Positions 36,028-45,630 of a DNA stretch of 64,000 nucleotides are shown piece after piece (the first letter of the stretch is position 1; the number at the start of each line of letters is the position of its first letter). A program made the translations under genes and the position numbers. The stretch covers positions 898 through 64,897 of the forward strand of contig WFXO01000033.1 in assembly GCA_015490555.1 (NCBI GenBank), read 5' to 3'. Below the pieces are notes generated by a model that saw only the letters and a program-made list of their open reading frames with translations, did no database searches and was not told where the DNA came from. This DNA comes from a candidate division WOR-3 bacterium. Its GTDB lineage: Bacteria; Hydrothermota; Hydrothermia; WGAB01.

Positions 36028-37457
36028 AAGACTTAGTCTCCACCGCACTGGATTTCATGGAGGGAGTTGATTATGGGGATGCTCGTCTGGTGCAGATCCA
36101 GGAACAGCAGATCACCGTCCGGGATGGCAAAGTAGAGCGGATCCAGGTTTCGGAATCGTTAGGAATGGGCATTCGGATCCTGGACCATGGATTTTGGGGG
36201 TTTTATGCGACCCATGACCTCTCCGTGGCGAACATTGCCGAAGCGGTGAAGCAGGCCAAGGCCATTGCCCAAGCCTCCCGGATCGCAGGAGGCCGACCCC
36301 TACAACTGGCAGAAGTGGACCCTGTCCAGGATACCTATGTGACCCCCCATCAGGTGGACCCTTTTGCGGTCCCTCTGGATCAAAAGATCGAGTTGTTGCT
36401 CAAAACTGACGAGATCCTTCGCCAGGGAAAACACATCGTCAACCGGGAACTCCAACTGAGGTTTGTCAAGCGGTATCAGGTTTTTGGCTCCACGGAAGGC
36501 ACCTTGATCGAGCAAACTATCGTAGAATCCGGGGGTGGGTATCATGTCTTTGCCTTCCGAGACGGCATCTTGGTCCGCCGTTCTTATCCTGCCGCCCATG
36601 GCGGGAACATGCAGAGAAAAGGCTACGAATTCATTGAAGAGATGGATTTCCTGAGTCACGCTCCCCATGTGGTGGAAGAGGCGGAAGCCTTGTTAAAAGC
36701 GCCGCCTGCCCCGGAAGGCGTGATGGACCTGGTGATTCATCACTCCCAAATGGTCCTCCAAATCCATGAATCGGTAGGCCACCCCTTGGAATTGGACCGG
36801 GTGCTGGGCTGGGAAGCAGGCTATGCCGGCGAGAGTTTCGCAACCTTGGACAAGTTGGATACGTTTCAGTATGGATCGCCGTTGATGAACATCACTTCGG
36901 ATTCGACCCTTCCAGGAGGACTGGGCACGTACGGGTATGATGACGATGGAGTGCCCGCCCAGCGTGTGTACTTGATCCAGGAGGGGATCCTCCGCGGCTA
37001 TCTCTCTTCTCGTGACACCGCACCGTTCATTGGCCGGAAAAGTGTAGGTGCAGCCCGGGCGCAGGATTGGTCCAGGATGCCCATCGTCCGCATGACCAAT
37101 GTCAATCTGGAACCCGGAGAGATGACCCTGGAAGAACTCATTGATGGCGTAAAGGACGGCCTGTTTATCATGACGAACAAGAGTTGGTCGATTGATCAAC
37201 GACGCTTGAACTTCCAGTTCGCCACAGAGATTGGGTGGCGGATCCGGAACGGGAAACTCGCGGAAATGGTGCGAACCCCGATCTATTCCGGGATCACACC
37301 GGTCTTTTGGCGAAGCATGGATGGGGTCGCCAACGATTGGTATCTCTGGGGAATCCAGAACTGTGGCAAGGGAGAACCTTCTCAGGCCATGCACACCGGA
37401 CATGGAACCCCCTCGGCACGGTTCCGAAACGTCCGCGTGGGCAGCGTACGAGATTAA
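36024..37457 (+). CDS. tldD: TldD/PmbA-family metallopeptidase (TldD-like)
   Basis: About 477 aa in the TldD/PmbA fold. The HESVGH motif (QIHESVGHPLELD) favours the TldD half of the pair. No adjacent pmbA partner. Confidence 0.8.
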   Translation: MKDLVSTALDFMEGVDYGDARLVQIQEQQITVRDGKVERIQVSESLGMGIRILDHGFWGFYATHDLSVANIAEAVKQAKAIAQASRIAGGRPLQLAEVDPVQDTYVTPHQVDPFAVPLDQKIELLLKTDEILRQGKHIVNRELQLRFVKRYQVFGSTEGTLIEQTIVESGGGYHVFAFRDGILVRRSYPAAHGGNMQRKGYEFIEEMDFLSHAPHVVEEAEALLKAPPAPEGVMDLVIHHSQMVLQIHESVGHPLELDRVLGWEAGYAGESFATLDKLDTFQYGSPLMNITSDSTLPGGLGTYGYDDDGVPAQRVYLIQEGILRGYLSSRDTAPFIGRKSVGAARAQDWSRMPIVRMTNVNLEPGEMTLEELIDGVKDGLFIMTNKSWSIDQRRLNFQFATEIGWRIRNGKLAEMVRTPIYSGITPVFWRSMDGVANDWYLWGIQNCGKGEPSQAMHTGHGTPSARFRNVRVGSVRD

Positions 37458-37500
37458 AGACTTCAACCCTTATGGGGTGGAGTGGATTCCGGCCCTTTCG

Positions 37501-37530
37501 TTGATTTTGGAAGGATTCTCCTGGATATTT
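37501..37530 (+). promoter_or_regulatory. Candidate promoter for tRNA-Arg (-35 TTGATT, 18-nt spacer, -10 ATATTT)
   Basis: Read from the sequence. The predicted start site lies a few nt upstream of the mature tRNA 5' end at 37543. Confidence 0.35.
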
Positions 37531-37542
37531 ATGGGACCACCA

Positions 37543-37619
37543 AGAACAGCACGCCCCCGTAGCTCAATTGGATAGAGCACCTGACTTCGGATCAGGGGGT
37601 TGGGGGTTCGAGTCCTCCC
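37543..37619 (+). tRNA. tRNA-Arg (anticodon TCG)
   Basis: Acceptor stem GCCCCCG/CGGGGGC. D-arm GCTCAATTGGATAGAGC. Anticodon stem CCTGA/TCAGG with loop CT-TCG-GA. T-arm GGGGGTTCGAGTCCTCC. Discriminator G and CCA are encoded. Confidence 0.9.
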
Positions 37620-37634
37620 GGGGGCGCCATTTCT

Positions 37635-39890
37635 TTGATGCCAAAAAAGCGAAAAACTCGTAAAGACTCAACCACACCACCCAGCCTCTCACTGCCCCCC
37701 TGGATCCGCCGAATTCCTCACCCTCTCCTGGCCCTATTTGGATACCTCCCCTTCTGGGTGTTTTACTTCCGTGCAATTCTCTTGAAGCAAGCATTCCTCT
37801 GGGAGGATTTCCTTTACCAGAACTATGTTTACCGCTTTTTTGCAGCCGTCCATTTGAAAGAAGGCCTTTTGCCCTTCTGGAACCCCTACATCTGGAGCGG
37901 ACTTCCTTTCGTTGGGGATGTCCAAGCCGCCGTGTTTTATCCCTTGAATCTGGTTTTGACCCTGTTTGTTAAAAACGGTTGGCTGGCCTATCACACGGTG
38001 GAAATCCAGGCTTTACTTCATGTGTTACTGGCCGGGTGGTTTATGTACCTGGCCCTTCGGTGGATGGGCTTCTCCGGGATCCCTGCGTTTTTCGGTGGCC
38101 TGACCTTTATGTTCTCTGCCCGCATCATCCTGGAGATCACGCATCTGAATACCCTCCATGTGGTGACCTATGTGCCTCTGGTCGTCGGCCTCTTATGGAA
38201 GGCCTGGGAGACCCGGAAAATCCGATGGGCAATCCTGGGGGGACTGGTCCAGGGAATTGGAGCCCTGGGCGGATACCCGCAAACTCAAGTTTGGCTCTTT
38301 TTTGCGTTGTTGATCCTGAGCATCGTGTGGTGGTGGATCCGAGACCGATCATTCCGACCCTTCAGCTTCCTCCTTGTTTTGGAGATCTTTGCCGTGGGTG
38401 TTCCTCTAATCCAATATGTTCCCACCGTCGTTGCTTTCCTTGCGTCTGCACGGGCTCACTACTCGAAGGCAGAACTTTTGGCTATTAGCGTAGATCCGGG
38501 GCGCCTGATCACGTTGCTCGTCCCCCGGTTCTTCGGTTCCGTGGATGGAGGGAATGCCGCTACCTACTGGGGGTATGGCCCGACGTATTTCTACTGGGAG
38601 ACCGGGGGCTACGTAGGGCTCCTCCCCCTGTTGCTTCTCCCGGTTGTCTTGAGGTCCCAAAATCGAGTCGCCAAGTGGGGAGCACTTTCCCTGATGGTCT
38701 TTGGGGTCCTCATGGCCTTGGGCAAGTATTCCCCGCTGTATCAATTGCTTTTTTACATTTTCCCTCCGTTCCACCAGATGCGGTCTCCAGCCCGATTCAT
38801 GTTGCTTTATGTCCTCGGCGGCACCTTGACCTTAACCCTGGGACTCCAGATGCTCATCCAGCAGATCCAAACGTTTGGGACCCGAGAACGCCGCACCCTC
38901 CTTGCGTGGGCAAGTTTCTTAGGCCTGCTCATCCTCGTTGCTTTGCTGGGGTTTCATATCCCCGATGCCGTGTCGTCTTTCGTGAGTGCCGAAGCGGTCC
39001 GGGCCCTCCTTTTGATGGCTGTGTTTATCACACTCCTGTTCATCATGACCCCCAAGAACCGTCACGTTTTGCTCTTCGTCCTGGTCCTCCTTGTTTTCTA
39101 TGATCTTTATGCATATGGAGGCACATTCAATAACGGTGACTTTTCCCCGGACCGGTTCTTTGCAAAGACCCCCCAACTGGAGAAAATCCAGGAACTTCAA
39201 CGGCAAGAGTATTTTCGTACCAATATCCGTCAAAAATCCCTCATCCTCTATCCGCGGAACATCGGATCGATTTATCGGATCTTCACGCCAGACGGCTACA
39301 ATCCGCTGATTCTCAATCGATACAACACCCTCAAGCAGTTTTTCCAGAGGGATCGCGAGAAGTTCTTTGATATGCTCAACGTCCGCTTTGAGGCACAACG
39401 GAGAGGGCGAGGAGGCGCCCTGGTGGAGCGTCCCCGTTACCTCCCGCGCGCCTATCTGATCTGGCGGTATGTCGTCCTTGAGGACTCAGCCCAAATCTTG
39501 CAATATATGGCGTCTTCGAAGTTCGATCCATTCCGGGAGGTGGTCTTGGAGCGTACGCCAGACCTTCCTTTACCCGATCCGCCTCCTGTGGACTCGTTCA
39601 TTCCTGTGGCCATTCGCTCATACTCTCCCAATCGGATTGAATTGGAAGTCCACGCCCCCACCAATGCCATCCTGGTGTTATCGGAAAATTACTATCCCCG
39701 CTGGCAAGCAAAGATCGACGGAACCCCTGTGCCGATCTTCCCTGCAAATTACACCCTTCGTGCTATCGAGGTTCCCAAGGGTGATCACACGGTGGTCTTT
39801 GAGTACAACCGGTCGCTTTTTTATGTAGGATTGCTCATGACATCTCTATTTCTTGGGATCGGGATTGTCCTGGTCGCGGTTTTGAAGTAG
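37635..39890 (+). CDS. YfhO-family polytopic membrane protein (putative GT-C-type glycosyltransferase)
   Basis: 751 aa with about 13 N-terminal transmembrane helices followed by a large C-terminal soluble domain. This architecture and composition are typical of YfhO-like proteins. The assignment is by architecture only. Confidence 0.45.
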   Translation: MMPKKRKTRKDSTTPPSLSLPPWIRRIPHPLLALFGYLPFWVFYFRAILLKQAFLWEDFLYQNYVYRFFAAVHLKEGLLPFWNPYIWSGLPFVGDVQAAVFYPLNLVLTLFVKNGWLAYHTVEIQALLHVLLAGWFMYLALRWMGFSGIPAFFGGLTFMFSARIILEITHLNTLHVVTYVPLVVGLLWKAWETRKIRWAILGGLVQGIGALGGYPQTQVWLFFALLILSIVWWWIRDRSFRPFSFLLVLEIFAVGVPLIQYVPTVVAFLASARAHYSKAELLAISVDPGRLITLLVPRFFGSVDGGNAATYWGYGPTYFYWETGGYVGLLPLLLLPVVLRSQNRVAKWGALSLMVFGVLMALGKYSPLYQLLFYIFPPFHQMRSPARFMLLYVLGGTLTLTLGLQMLIQQIQTFGTRERRTLLAWASFLGLLILVALLGFHIPDAVSSFVSAEAVRALLLMAVFITLLFIMTPKNRHVLLFVLVLLVFYDLYAYGGTFNNGDFSPDRFFAKTPQLEKIQELQRQEYFRTNIRQKSLILYPRNIGSIYRIFTPDGYNPLILNRYNTLKQFFQRDREKFFDMLNVRFEAQRRGRGGALVERPRYLPRAYLIWRYVVLEDSAQILQYMASSKFDPFREVVLERTPDLPLPDPPPVDSFIPVAIRSYSPNRIELEVHAPTNAILVLSENYYPRWQAKIDGTPVPIFPANYTLRAIEVPKGDHTVVFEYNRSLFYVGLLMTSLFLGIGIVLVAVLK

Positions 39891-41013
39891 GGCGTTTCCG
39901 TAGGTTCTGGAGCAAAGCAAACGCAGGGATGATGCTGAAAGCGGTCAGCAAGACCGCCATATAGATGGCTGGGGTTCGTCCAAATCGATCCGCTCCCAGT
40001 CCCCCCAGAAAAGCCAGGCCGGTGGCCAAATTGATGATGGTATTGACCATCCCCAAAGCCTGGCTTCGGTGTTCCTCTCCACTCAGTTCCGTAGCCAGGC
40101 TATTGACCCCGATCACCAAGAGGTTCCACAAGGGGATGACCCAGAGCAGGAGCATGGCCCATCCGGGCAAAAGGGTTAAGGCCAACATATTGGTGGTATA
40201 AAGCACTCCAAGGAACACCAGGGTCGGCCTTGGGCCGATATGCTGGACCCAACGGCCATAAAAGGGGCTGGTGAGAACCGCCAATCCCGCAGGAATTGTG
40301 GCCCAGATCAGCCCGTACCAGGTTTTTGATCCCCCCAGCACCTCATAGAGGCGGATCGAGAGCAGACCATACCCCCACATGATCCCCAGATAGAGTAAGA
40401 AAACCGCGGTGAGAAAGGTCCAGAAAATCGCGGGAAATGGGGCCTGAAAGGGGAGGGTCCTTGGGCTTTGGTCAGGTGCATGTTCTGGATAGGTACGGGA
40501 GAAGAGCGCGATGGCCAGGCCAAAACAGAGGGCTGCGAAGGTGTAGACCCCCGTGTAGCCCCAAGGGATCCGTTCTACCAAGATCCCTGAGAGACCGCCT
40601 CCGATCGCCCATCCTGCCCCCTGTGCCCCGGCGTAGTAGCCAAATGCCACACCCGGTTTCTCTGCCAAGGAGAACACCGTGCTGATGACCGGCAACACCA
40701 GCGCGTGGAATAAACTGACCCCAGCGACCAGGACCAGAATCTGGGGAGGGGTTTTCGCAAATGCCAAAAGCAGTAAAACGACGCTCCCCAGGAACCCCCA
40801 CCGTAGGACGTGCTTCCGTGATGTCCGGTCTGCCCACCATCCCCACAGGACGGAAGTCAATCCTAACCCTGCCGGAATACTATCCAGGAGTAGTAATGCG
40901 AGGTACGAGCCGCCCAAGTCATACACCCTTGGCTTGAGTAAGACGTAATACGACGCATACCCGGTGTAGTACAACACCGAGGCGATGACATAAGACCTCA
41001 AACTTTCACTCAT
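39835..41013 (-). CDS. MFS transporter
   Basis: 12 predicted transmembrane helices. The conserved start is MSESLRSY (ATG at 41013), not the ORF-track start at 41157. It overlaps the YfhO-like gene convergently by 56 nt. Confidence 0.7.
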   Translation of the reverse strand: MSESLRSYVIASVLYYTGYASYYVLLKPRVYDLGGSYLALLLLDSIPAGLGLTSVLWGWWADRTSRKHVLRWGFLGSVVLLLLAFAKTPPQILVLVAGVSLFHALVLPVISTVFSLAEKPGVAFGYYAGAQGAGWAIGGGLSGILVERIPWGYTGVYTFAALCFGLAIALFSRTYPEHAPDQSPRTLPFQAPFPAIFWTFLTAVFLLYLGIMWGYGLLSIRLYEVLGGSKTWYGLIWATIPAGLAVLTSPFYGRWVQHIGPRPTLVFLGVLYTTNMLALTLLPGWAMLLLWVIPLWNLLVIGVNSLATELSGEEHRSQALGMVNTIINLATGLAFLGGLGADRFGRTPAIYMAVLLTAFSIIPAFALLQNLRKRPTSKPRPGQSRSQEIEMS

Positions 41014-41065
41014 GGGCTTCCCGCACCTGTGAAGATGGAAAATGAACTTCCCCGAAAAAACTCTA

Positions 41066-41707
41066 TCAATAAATCTCCAGGTCCAGCGGGCCCAGAGAAA
41101 TGGCAATCCGTACGGTATCTCCTGGTCGAACCTGGGTCCCTGGGGGTGGCGTGACACTCAGAATACGATTTCGTCCGATTTCATCAGAGAAGGTGTATTC
41201 TGTGGAGCCAATAACCAGGCCCTCTTGCTCCAGGATCCGGGTCCCCAGTTCGAAGTCCATGCCGATGACATCCGGGACCTCGATCAAATGCTCTCCTTTG
41301 GATACCACCAGTTTCACTTTACGGCCGACTTTTACCTTCATCCCCGGTGTCGGGATTGCCTCTACCACGAAGCCTTCTGGCAGTTTGCTATACCGGCTGG
41401 TAGCGGTATCGGGAGTGAGGCCAAGGGCCCGGAGGGAATCTAATGCTTCAGGCAAAGGGAGGCCTTCGATATGAGGAACATGGGTGACCTTCCCTCCCGT
41501 ATAAAGGGGCAAGATAGTGTAATTTACCACGAAGAGACTTATCAAGGCCAAAAGGATCCAAACACCGATCCCCACTCCGACGATCGCGATCAGTTGAAGC
41601 CATCCGCGTTTCCCGGAAGGCTTCCGTAGCACACGACGCAGTCTTTTGGTTTTTGGGCGTCTGGGAGTATGGTCCGATTCAGGATTCGAAGATGGCCAGG
41701 ATCTCAT
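41066..41707 (-). CDS. Membrane-anchored protein with two PASTA domains
   Basis: One transmembrane helix (LQLIAIVGVGIGVWILLALISLF), then two PASTA-like repeats (VPHIEGLPLPEALDSL..LGL... and VPDVIGMDFELGTRILEQEGLVIG...). No kinase or transpeptidase domain. Its start overlaps the purA stop. Confidence 0.6.
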   Translation of the reverse strand: MRSWPSSNPESDHTPRRPKTKRLRRVLRKPSGKRGWLQLIAIVGVGIGVWILLALISLFVVNYTILPLYTGGKVTHVPHIEGLPLPEALDSLRALGLTPDTATSRYSKLPEGFVVEAIPTPGMKVKVGRKVKLVVSKGEHLIEVPDVIGMDFELGTRILEQEGLVIGSTEYTFSDEIGRNRILSVTPPPGTQVRPGDTVRIAISLGPLDLEIY

Positions 41708-42950
41708 CCGTCCGCCTCCCGTACGAGATGAAGCCAATGGGGACCTCCACAAACTCTTCGATGTAGGTCAAATAGCGCTGTAGGGGTTCAGGGAGGTCTT
41801 CTTTTTGACTCGGACGCGGAAACTCGTTCCACCCAGGAAATGTTTGATACAACGGCTGCACCCGCTCCAGGTCTTCTGAACTCGCCGGGGGCACTCTTCT
41901 GTCTTGCCCATCCAGGCGGTAGGATGTTGCGACCTTGACTTCCGGAAGGCCGGCGAGAACATCGACTTTGGTGACGGCCAACCGGGTAACACCATTCAGG
42001 GACACCGCATACTTCAACAGAACAAGGTCCAGCCAACCACATCGGCGGGGACGTCCTGTGGTGGCCCCGTATTCGTGTCCTCGTTCCCTCAGAATCGTTC
42101 CCTGTTCACCTTTCAATTCTGTAGGAAACGGCCCTTTCCCTACTCGGGTCGTGTAGGCTTTGGTTACTCCGTAGATTCGGTCGACCTCTTTTGGACCGAT
42201 GCCTAAACTGATTAAAGCACCAGACGCCAGCGTATGCGACGATGTCACATACGGGTACGTGCCGAAGAAAATGTCCAGCAGGGTCCCCTGAGCACCTTCG
42301 AAGAGGATCGCCCGGTTCGCTTTCAGGGCCGAGCGCAAGAACCAATGTGTGTCTTCAACAAAGGGCCGAATGACCTCAGCCCATTCTAAGAGTTGCGGAT
42401 ACACCGTTTCCACGAGAAATGGGGGCTTGCCATACCGGGCCCCTAAGATCTGGTTGTTGAAATCTAAGGCCACTTTCAGTTTGTGTTTTAGGGTTTCTGG
42501 ATGGAATAGGTCCCCCACACGAAGACCCAGGCGGGCATAGACATCCCGATACGTGGGACCAATCCCGCGTCGTGTAGATCCCACGCCTCCTTTTAATTCT
42601 TCTTCCCAACCATCTTCAGCCTGATGTACCGGGAGAACCAGGGCTGTGCGGGGGTCGATCCAGAGCCGGCCTTCCAAGGAACCTGCATACTTTTCCATCT
42701 CCCGGATTTCTTGTACGAGTTGCTGGATATCCAGGACCACTCCGGGTCCGATCACACCTGTTTTCCCTTGTCGATGGAGCCCTGTGGGTAGGAGATGGAA
42801 GATCAGGGGCTGATCGTCTAAGTAGACCGTGTGGCCGGCGTTGGCTCCCCCCTGAAACCGGACAATAATGTCATGTTCTTGGGAAAGGAAATCGATGACC
42901 TTTCCCTTCCCTTCATCCCCCCATTGGAGACCTACAACGATCGTAATCAC
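41679..42950 (-). CDS. purA: Adenylosuccinate synthetase
   Basis: QWGDEGKGK P-loop, GGANAGHT, and the typical 423-aa length. Confidence 0.9.
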   Translation of the reverse strand: MITIVVGLQWGDEGKGKVIDFLSQEHDIIVRFQGGANAGHTVYLDDQPLIFHLLPTGLHRQGKTGVIGPGVVLDIQQLVQEIREMEKYAGSLEGRLWIDPRTALVLPVHQAEDGWEEELKGGVGSTRRGIGPTYRDVYARLGLRVGDLFHPETLKHKLKVALDFNNQILGARYGKPPFLVETVYPQLLEWAEVIRPFVEDTHWFLRSALKANRAILFEGAQGTLLDIFFGTYPYVTSSHTLASGALISLGIGPKEVDRIYGVTKAYTTRVGKGPFPTELKGEQGTILRERGHEYGATTGRPRRCGWLDLVLLKYAVSLNGVTRLAVTKVDVLAGLPEVKVATSYRLDGQDRRVPPASSEDLERVQPLYQTFPGWNEFPRPSQKEDLPEPLQRYLTYIEEFVEVPIGFISYGRRTDEILAIFES

Positions 42951-43003
42951 AGGGGAAATTTTACACCCCTACGCACACGATTTCTGAGGCGTTGGCCTTG
43001 GGA

Positions 43004-44272
43004 TTAAGGAATGCGGATGAAGGGAACGGCCCTTTGTCCCTGGCGGAGAAAGTACACCCCCGGAGGCAATGATCGGACGGAGATTCGAGTACCTTCTCCT
43101 TGTAAGACGATACGGCCAACCCGATCTACAATCTGATACCTCCCGTGAGAGGGGAGTCGGATCACATCCCGCACCACAGCCGGGATCCACCAAGTCTGCT
43201 CCCCGTTCTCGGGTGTCTCCTGGACGGCCCAGGGAGCAACTTCAGCCAAACGAGCGAGGAACTCTTCGTGATACCTCTGAACCACAGATCGTCCGTTCCC
43301 CGGCTGCGGTGTAGAGGTACCAACGGCTAAAAACACCGCCACCTCATCGTTATACGTGTTGGCGCTGTGGGTGTAATTCATGGACCCGAATTCAAGGCGC
43401 CGCTCATCCAAAATCATCACCTTGTGGTGCAATAAGTAGAAGGGATCTGGAACAGGGTCGATAAAAACTTGGGCCCCGCCTGCCAGGAGTTCGTCATATT
43501 GTGAGTAGTCGCTGCTGGCCATCGTCGAGTCGAAGACCCCAATGACCGTCCCCCCTCGTGCCAGGAGCGAGAGGAGGGAATCCCGTAGACCCCAATGAGT
43601 GAAGGTATAGATGAGGAATTCTGTGGATGTTTGGGCACGTCCTACCCAGGCCGCCAGGGTATCGACGGGTCGATCTTGAGGACCAAAGTAGATCCAGAGG
43701 GTATCCTCCCCGATGATCACCTGTCGGTCACTCAATAGGGGTTGTTTGGCGACATTAAATCGAGCCTGCCCTGGGTTAGGGATCAAGGAATCAGATCCCC
43801 ACATTTGGTTAAACTCGGCGAGGAAGATCTGGGCCACCTCGTGGTTGTAAATCTCTGTAGCATTGTCGGCATGGAGATACGGCGTGGCGTTCCATGAGCC
43901 CACCCAGACGGCGTCGTTGGCCGGATCTCCATCGTGGACGTCCCGCAGAGCAAACTTGTCATGCATCGTAAAATCGGCATTCCCTCCAAAGGTATCAGAA
44001 ATGACCGGAATGCCTGCGTACACCAGAGGCCCCAGGAGATATTCCCGATCATCATCCACGATCACCCGGATCTGGATCCCTCGAGCATGGAGCGCCAAAA
44101 GACTGTCCTTGATGACCGGATCCGTGATCTGGTAGAAACAGAGGTCGACGGAAGACTCCGCAGCATGGAGCCACTGTTGGAATGCCAGAGATAGGTTGTT
44201 CTCCGCAGTTTGCATGTAAGGAACAAACTGTGTGACAAGAAGATACAAAAAGACCGTGTGAAATTGCATCAT
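43004..44272 (-). CDS. Secreted phospholipase D/nuclease-family protein (two HKD motifs) with T9SS C-terminal sorting domain
   Basis: HKD motifs HDKFALRD and HHKVMILD. Signal peptide MMQFHTVFLYLLVTQFVP. C-terminal YQIVDRVGRIVLQGEGTRISVRSLPPGVYFLRQGQRAVPFIRIP matches the T9SS C-terminal domain. Confidence 0.7.
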   Translation of the reverse strand: MMQFHTVFLYLLVTQFVPYMQTAENNLSLAFQQWLHAAESSVDLCFYQITDPVIKDSLLALHARGIQIRVIVDDDREYLLGPLVYAGIPVISDTFGGNADFTMHDKFALRDVHDGDPANDAVWVGSWNATPYLHADNATEIYNHEVAQIFLAEFNQMWGSDSLIPNPGQARFNVAKQPLLSDRQVIIGEDTLWIYFGPQDRPVDTLAAWVGRAQTSTEFLIYTFTHWGLRDSLLSLLARGGTVIGVFDSTMASSDYSQYDELLAGGAQVFIDPVPDPFYLLHHKVMILDERRLEFGSMNYTHSANTYNDEVAVFLAVGTSTPQPGNGRSVVQRYHEEFLARLAEVAPWAVQETPENGEQTWWIPAVVRDVIRLPSHGRYQIVDRVGRIVLQGEGTRISVRSLPPGVYFLRQGQRAVPFIRIP

Positions 44273-44403
44273 GGACCTCCGTGAGTCAGAACCCGCACTT
44301 GTGGTTTCAATCATACACCTTGACGGGAGTTCCTGCACCTTATGGGTCCTCGATTCCGTTGGTTTCCCATATAATTACATGCCAAGCCAATCAAGGAGGT
44401 TTC

Positions 44404-45582
44404 ATGAAAGTCCCCTTACTTGATTTAAAGGCACAGTACCAAAAGATCCGTGACGAGGTCTGGCAGGCAATCCAGGAAGTTCTGGAGAGCCAGCGATTTA
44501 TCTTAGGGCCCTGGGTCCACGAGTTGGAAACATGGATGGCGGGCTATATTGGTGTCCCAGACGCGGTGGGGGTTGCTTCCGGGACAGACGCCCTGCTCCT
44601 CTCCCTGATGGCCCTGGAAATCGGCCCACAGGATGCTGTAATTACGACTCCCTTCACGTTTTTCGCGACGGTAGGTTCGATCGTACGGCTCGGTGCTTTG
44701 CCGGTGTTTGTGGATATCGATCCAAAGACCTTTAACCTGAGTCCTCAAGCCCTCCAAACTCTTATCGAAACGCGTATGGAATTCGATGGGAACGTCCTGA
44801 CCTACCGAGGCAGAAAAGTACGAGCCATCGTCCCTGTCCATCTTTTTGGGCAATCCGCGGCCATGGCACCTATTTTAGAGATCGCGAAAACCTACCATAT
44901 GGCTGTCATTGAGGACGCGGCTCAGGCCATTGGGGCGGAGTATCAAGGCAAAAAAGTCGGAAGTCTTGGCGATTTTGGGGCCTTTAGTTTTTTCCCCAGC
45001 AAAAACCTCGGAGGCTATGGCGACGGTGGGATGATCACCGTCCGAAATTCAGAAATGGCGGAACGACTCCGGGCACTGCGGGTCCATGGCGCGAAGCAGA
45101 AGTATTTTCACGATTGGGTGGGTACGAACAGCCGGTTGGACTCCATCCAGGCGGCGGTGCTGTTGGTCAAGACACGATACCTGGATACCTGGAACCGTCA
45201 ACGAGCAGAGGTCGCGGCCCGGTACCACCGACTGTTTCAACAGACCCCATTAGTAGAGGCCGGGATCGTACAACTCCCGGAGCAATCTCCGGACTCCACA
45301 CGTCATGTGTGGAACCAGTATACCCTGCGTGTACGAAACCGGAACGAACTCCGGAGTTATCTCACTGAACAGGGGATTGGAACCGCCATCTATTACCCCC
45401 TTTCTCTTCATCTCCAGAAATGCTTTGCCGATCTCGGTTATCAAGAGGGTGACTTCCCCGAGGCCGAGAAGGCCCAACAGGAGGTCCTTTCGATCCCCAT
45501 GTATCCAGAACTCACGGAAGAGCAACAGGTATATGTCGTCCAGGCAATTGAGCAATTTTACCGCCTGCAAGGGATCGTGTAG
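44404..45582 (+). CDS. DegT/DnrJ/EryC1/StrS-family PLP-dependent sugar aminotransferase
   Basis: AGGAGG ribosome-binding site then MKVPLLDLKAQYQKIRDEV, the canonical DegT-family N-terminus. PLP-lysine region (...FSFFPSKNLGGYGDGG). The ORF-track start at 44281 is an upstream extension. Confidence 0.8.
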   Translation: MKVPLLDLKAQYQKIRDEVWQAIQEVLESQRFILGPWVHELETWMAGYIGVPDAVGVASGTDALLLSLMALEIGPQDAVITTPFTFFATVGSIVRLGALPVFVDIDPKTFNLSPQALQTLIETRMEFDGNVLTYRGRKVRAIVPVHLFGQSAAMAPILEIAKTYHMAVIEDAAQAIGAEYQGKKVGSLGDFGAFSFFPSKNLGGYGDGGMITVRNSEMAERLRALRVHGAKQKYFHDWVGTNSRLDSIQAAVLLVKTRYLDTWNRQRAEVAARYHRLFQQTPLVEAGIVQLPEQSPDSTRHVWNQYTLRVRNRNELRSYLTEQGIGTAIYYPLSLHLQKCFADLGYQEGDFPEAEKAQQEVLSIPMYPELTEEQQVYVVQAIEQFYRLQGIV

Positions 45583-45630
45583 TCATGGAGTAAGGGCCTG
45601 TTCATCCCCCAGGTCCTGTACAATTGTGGC

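Noticed and set aside
36693-37466. 257-aa ORF on the minus strand
   Set aside because: Antisense to tldD, which has clear family motifs (HESVGH). No recognisable domain.
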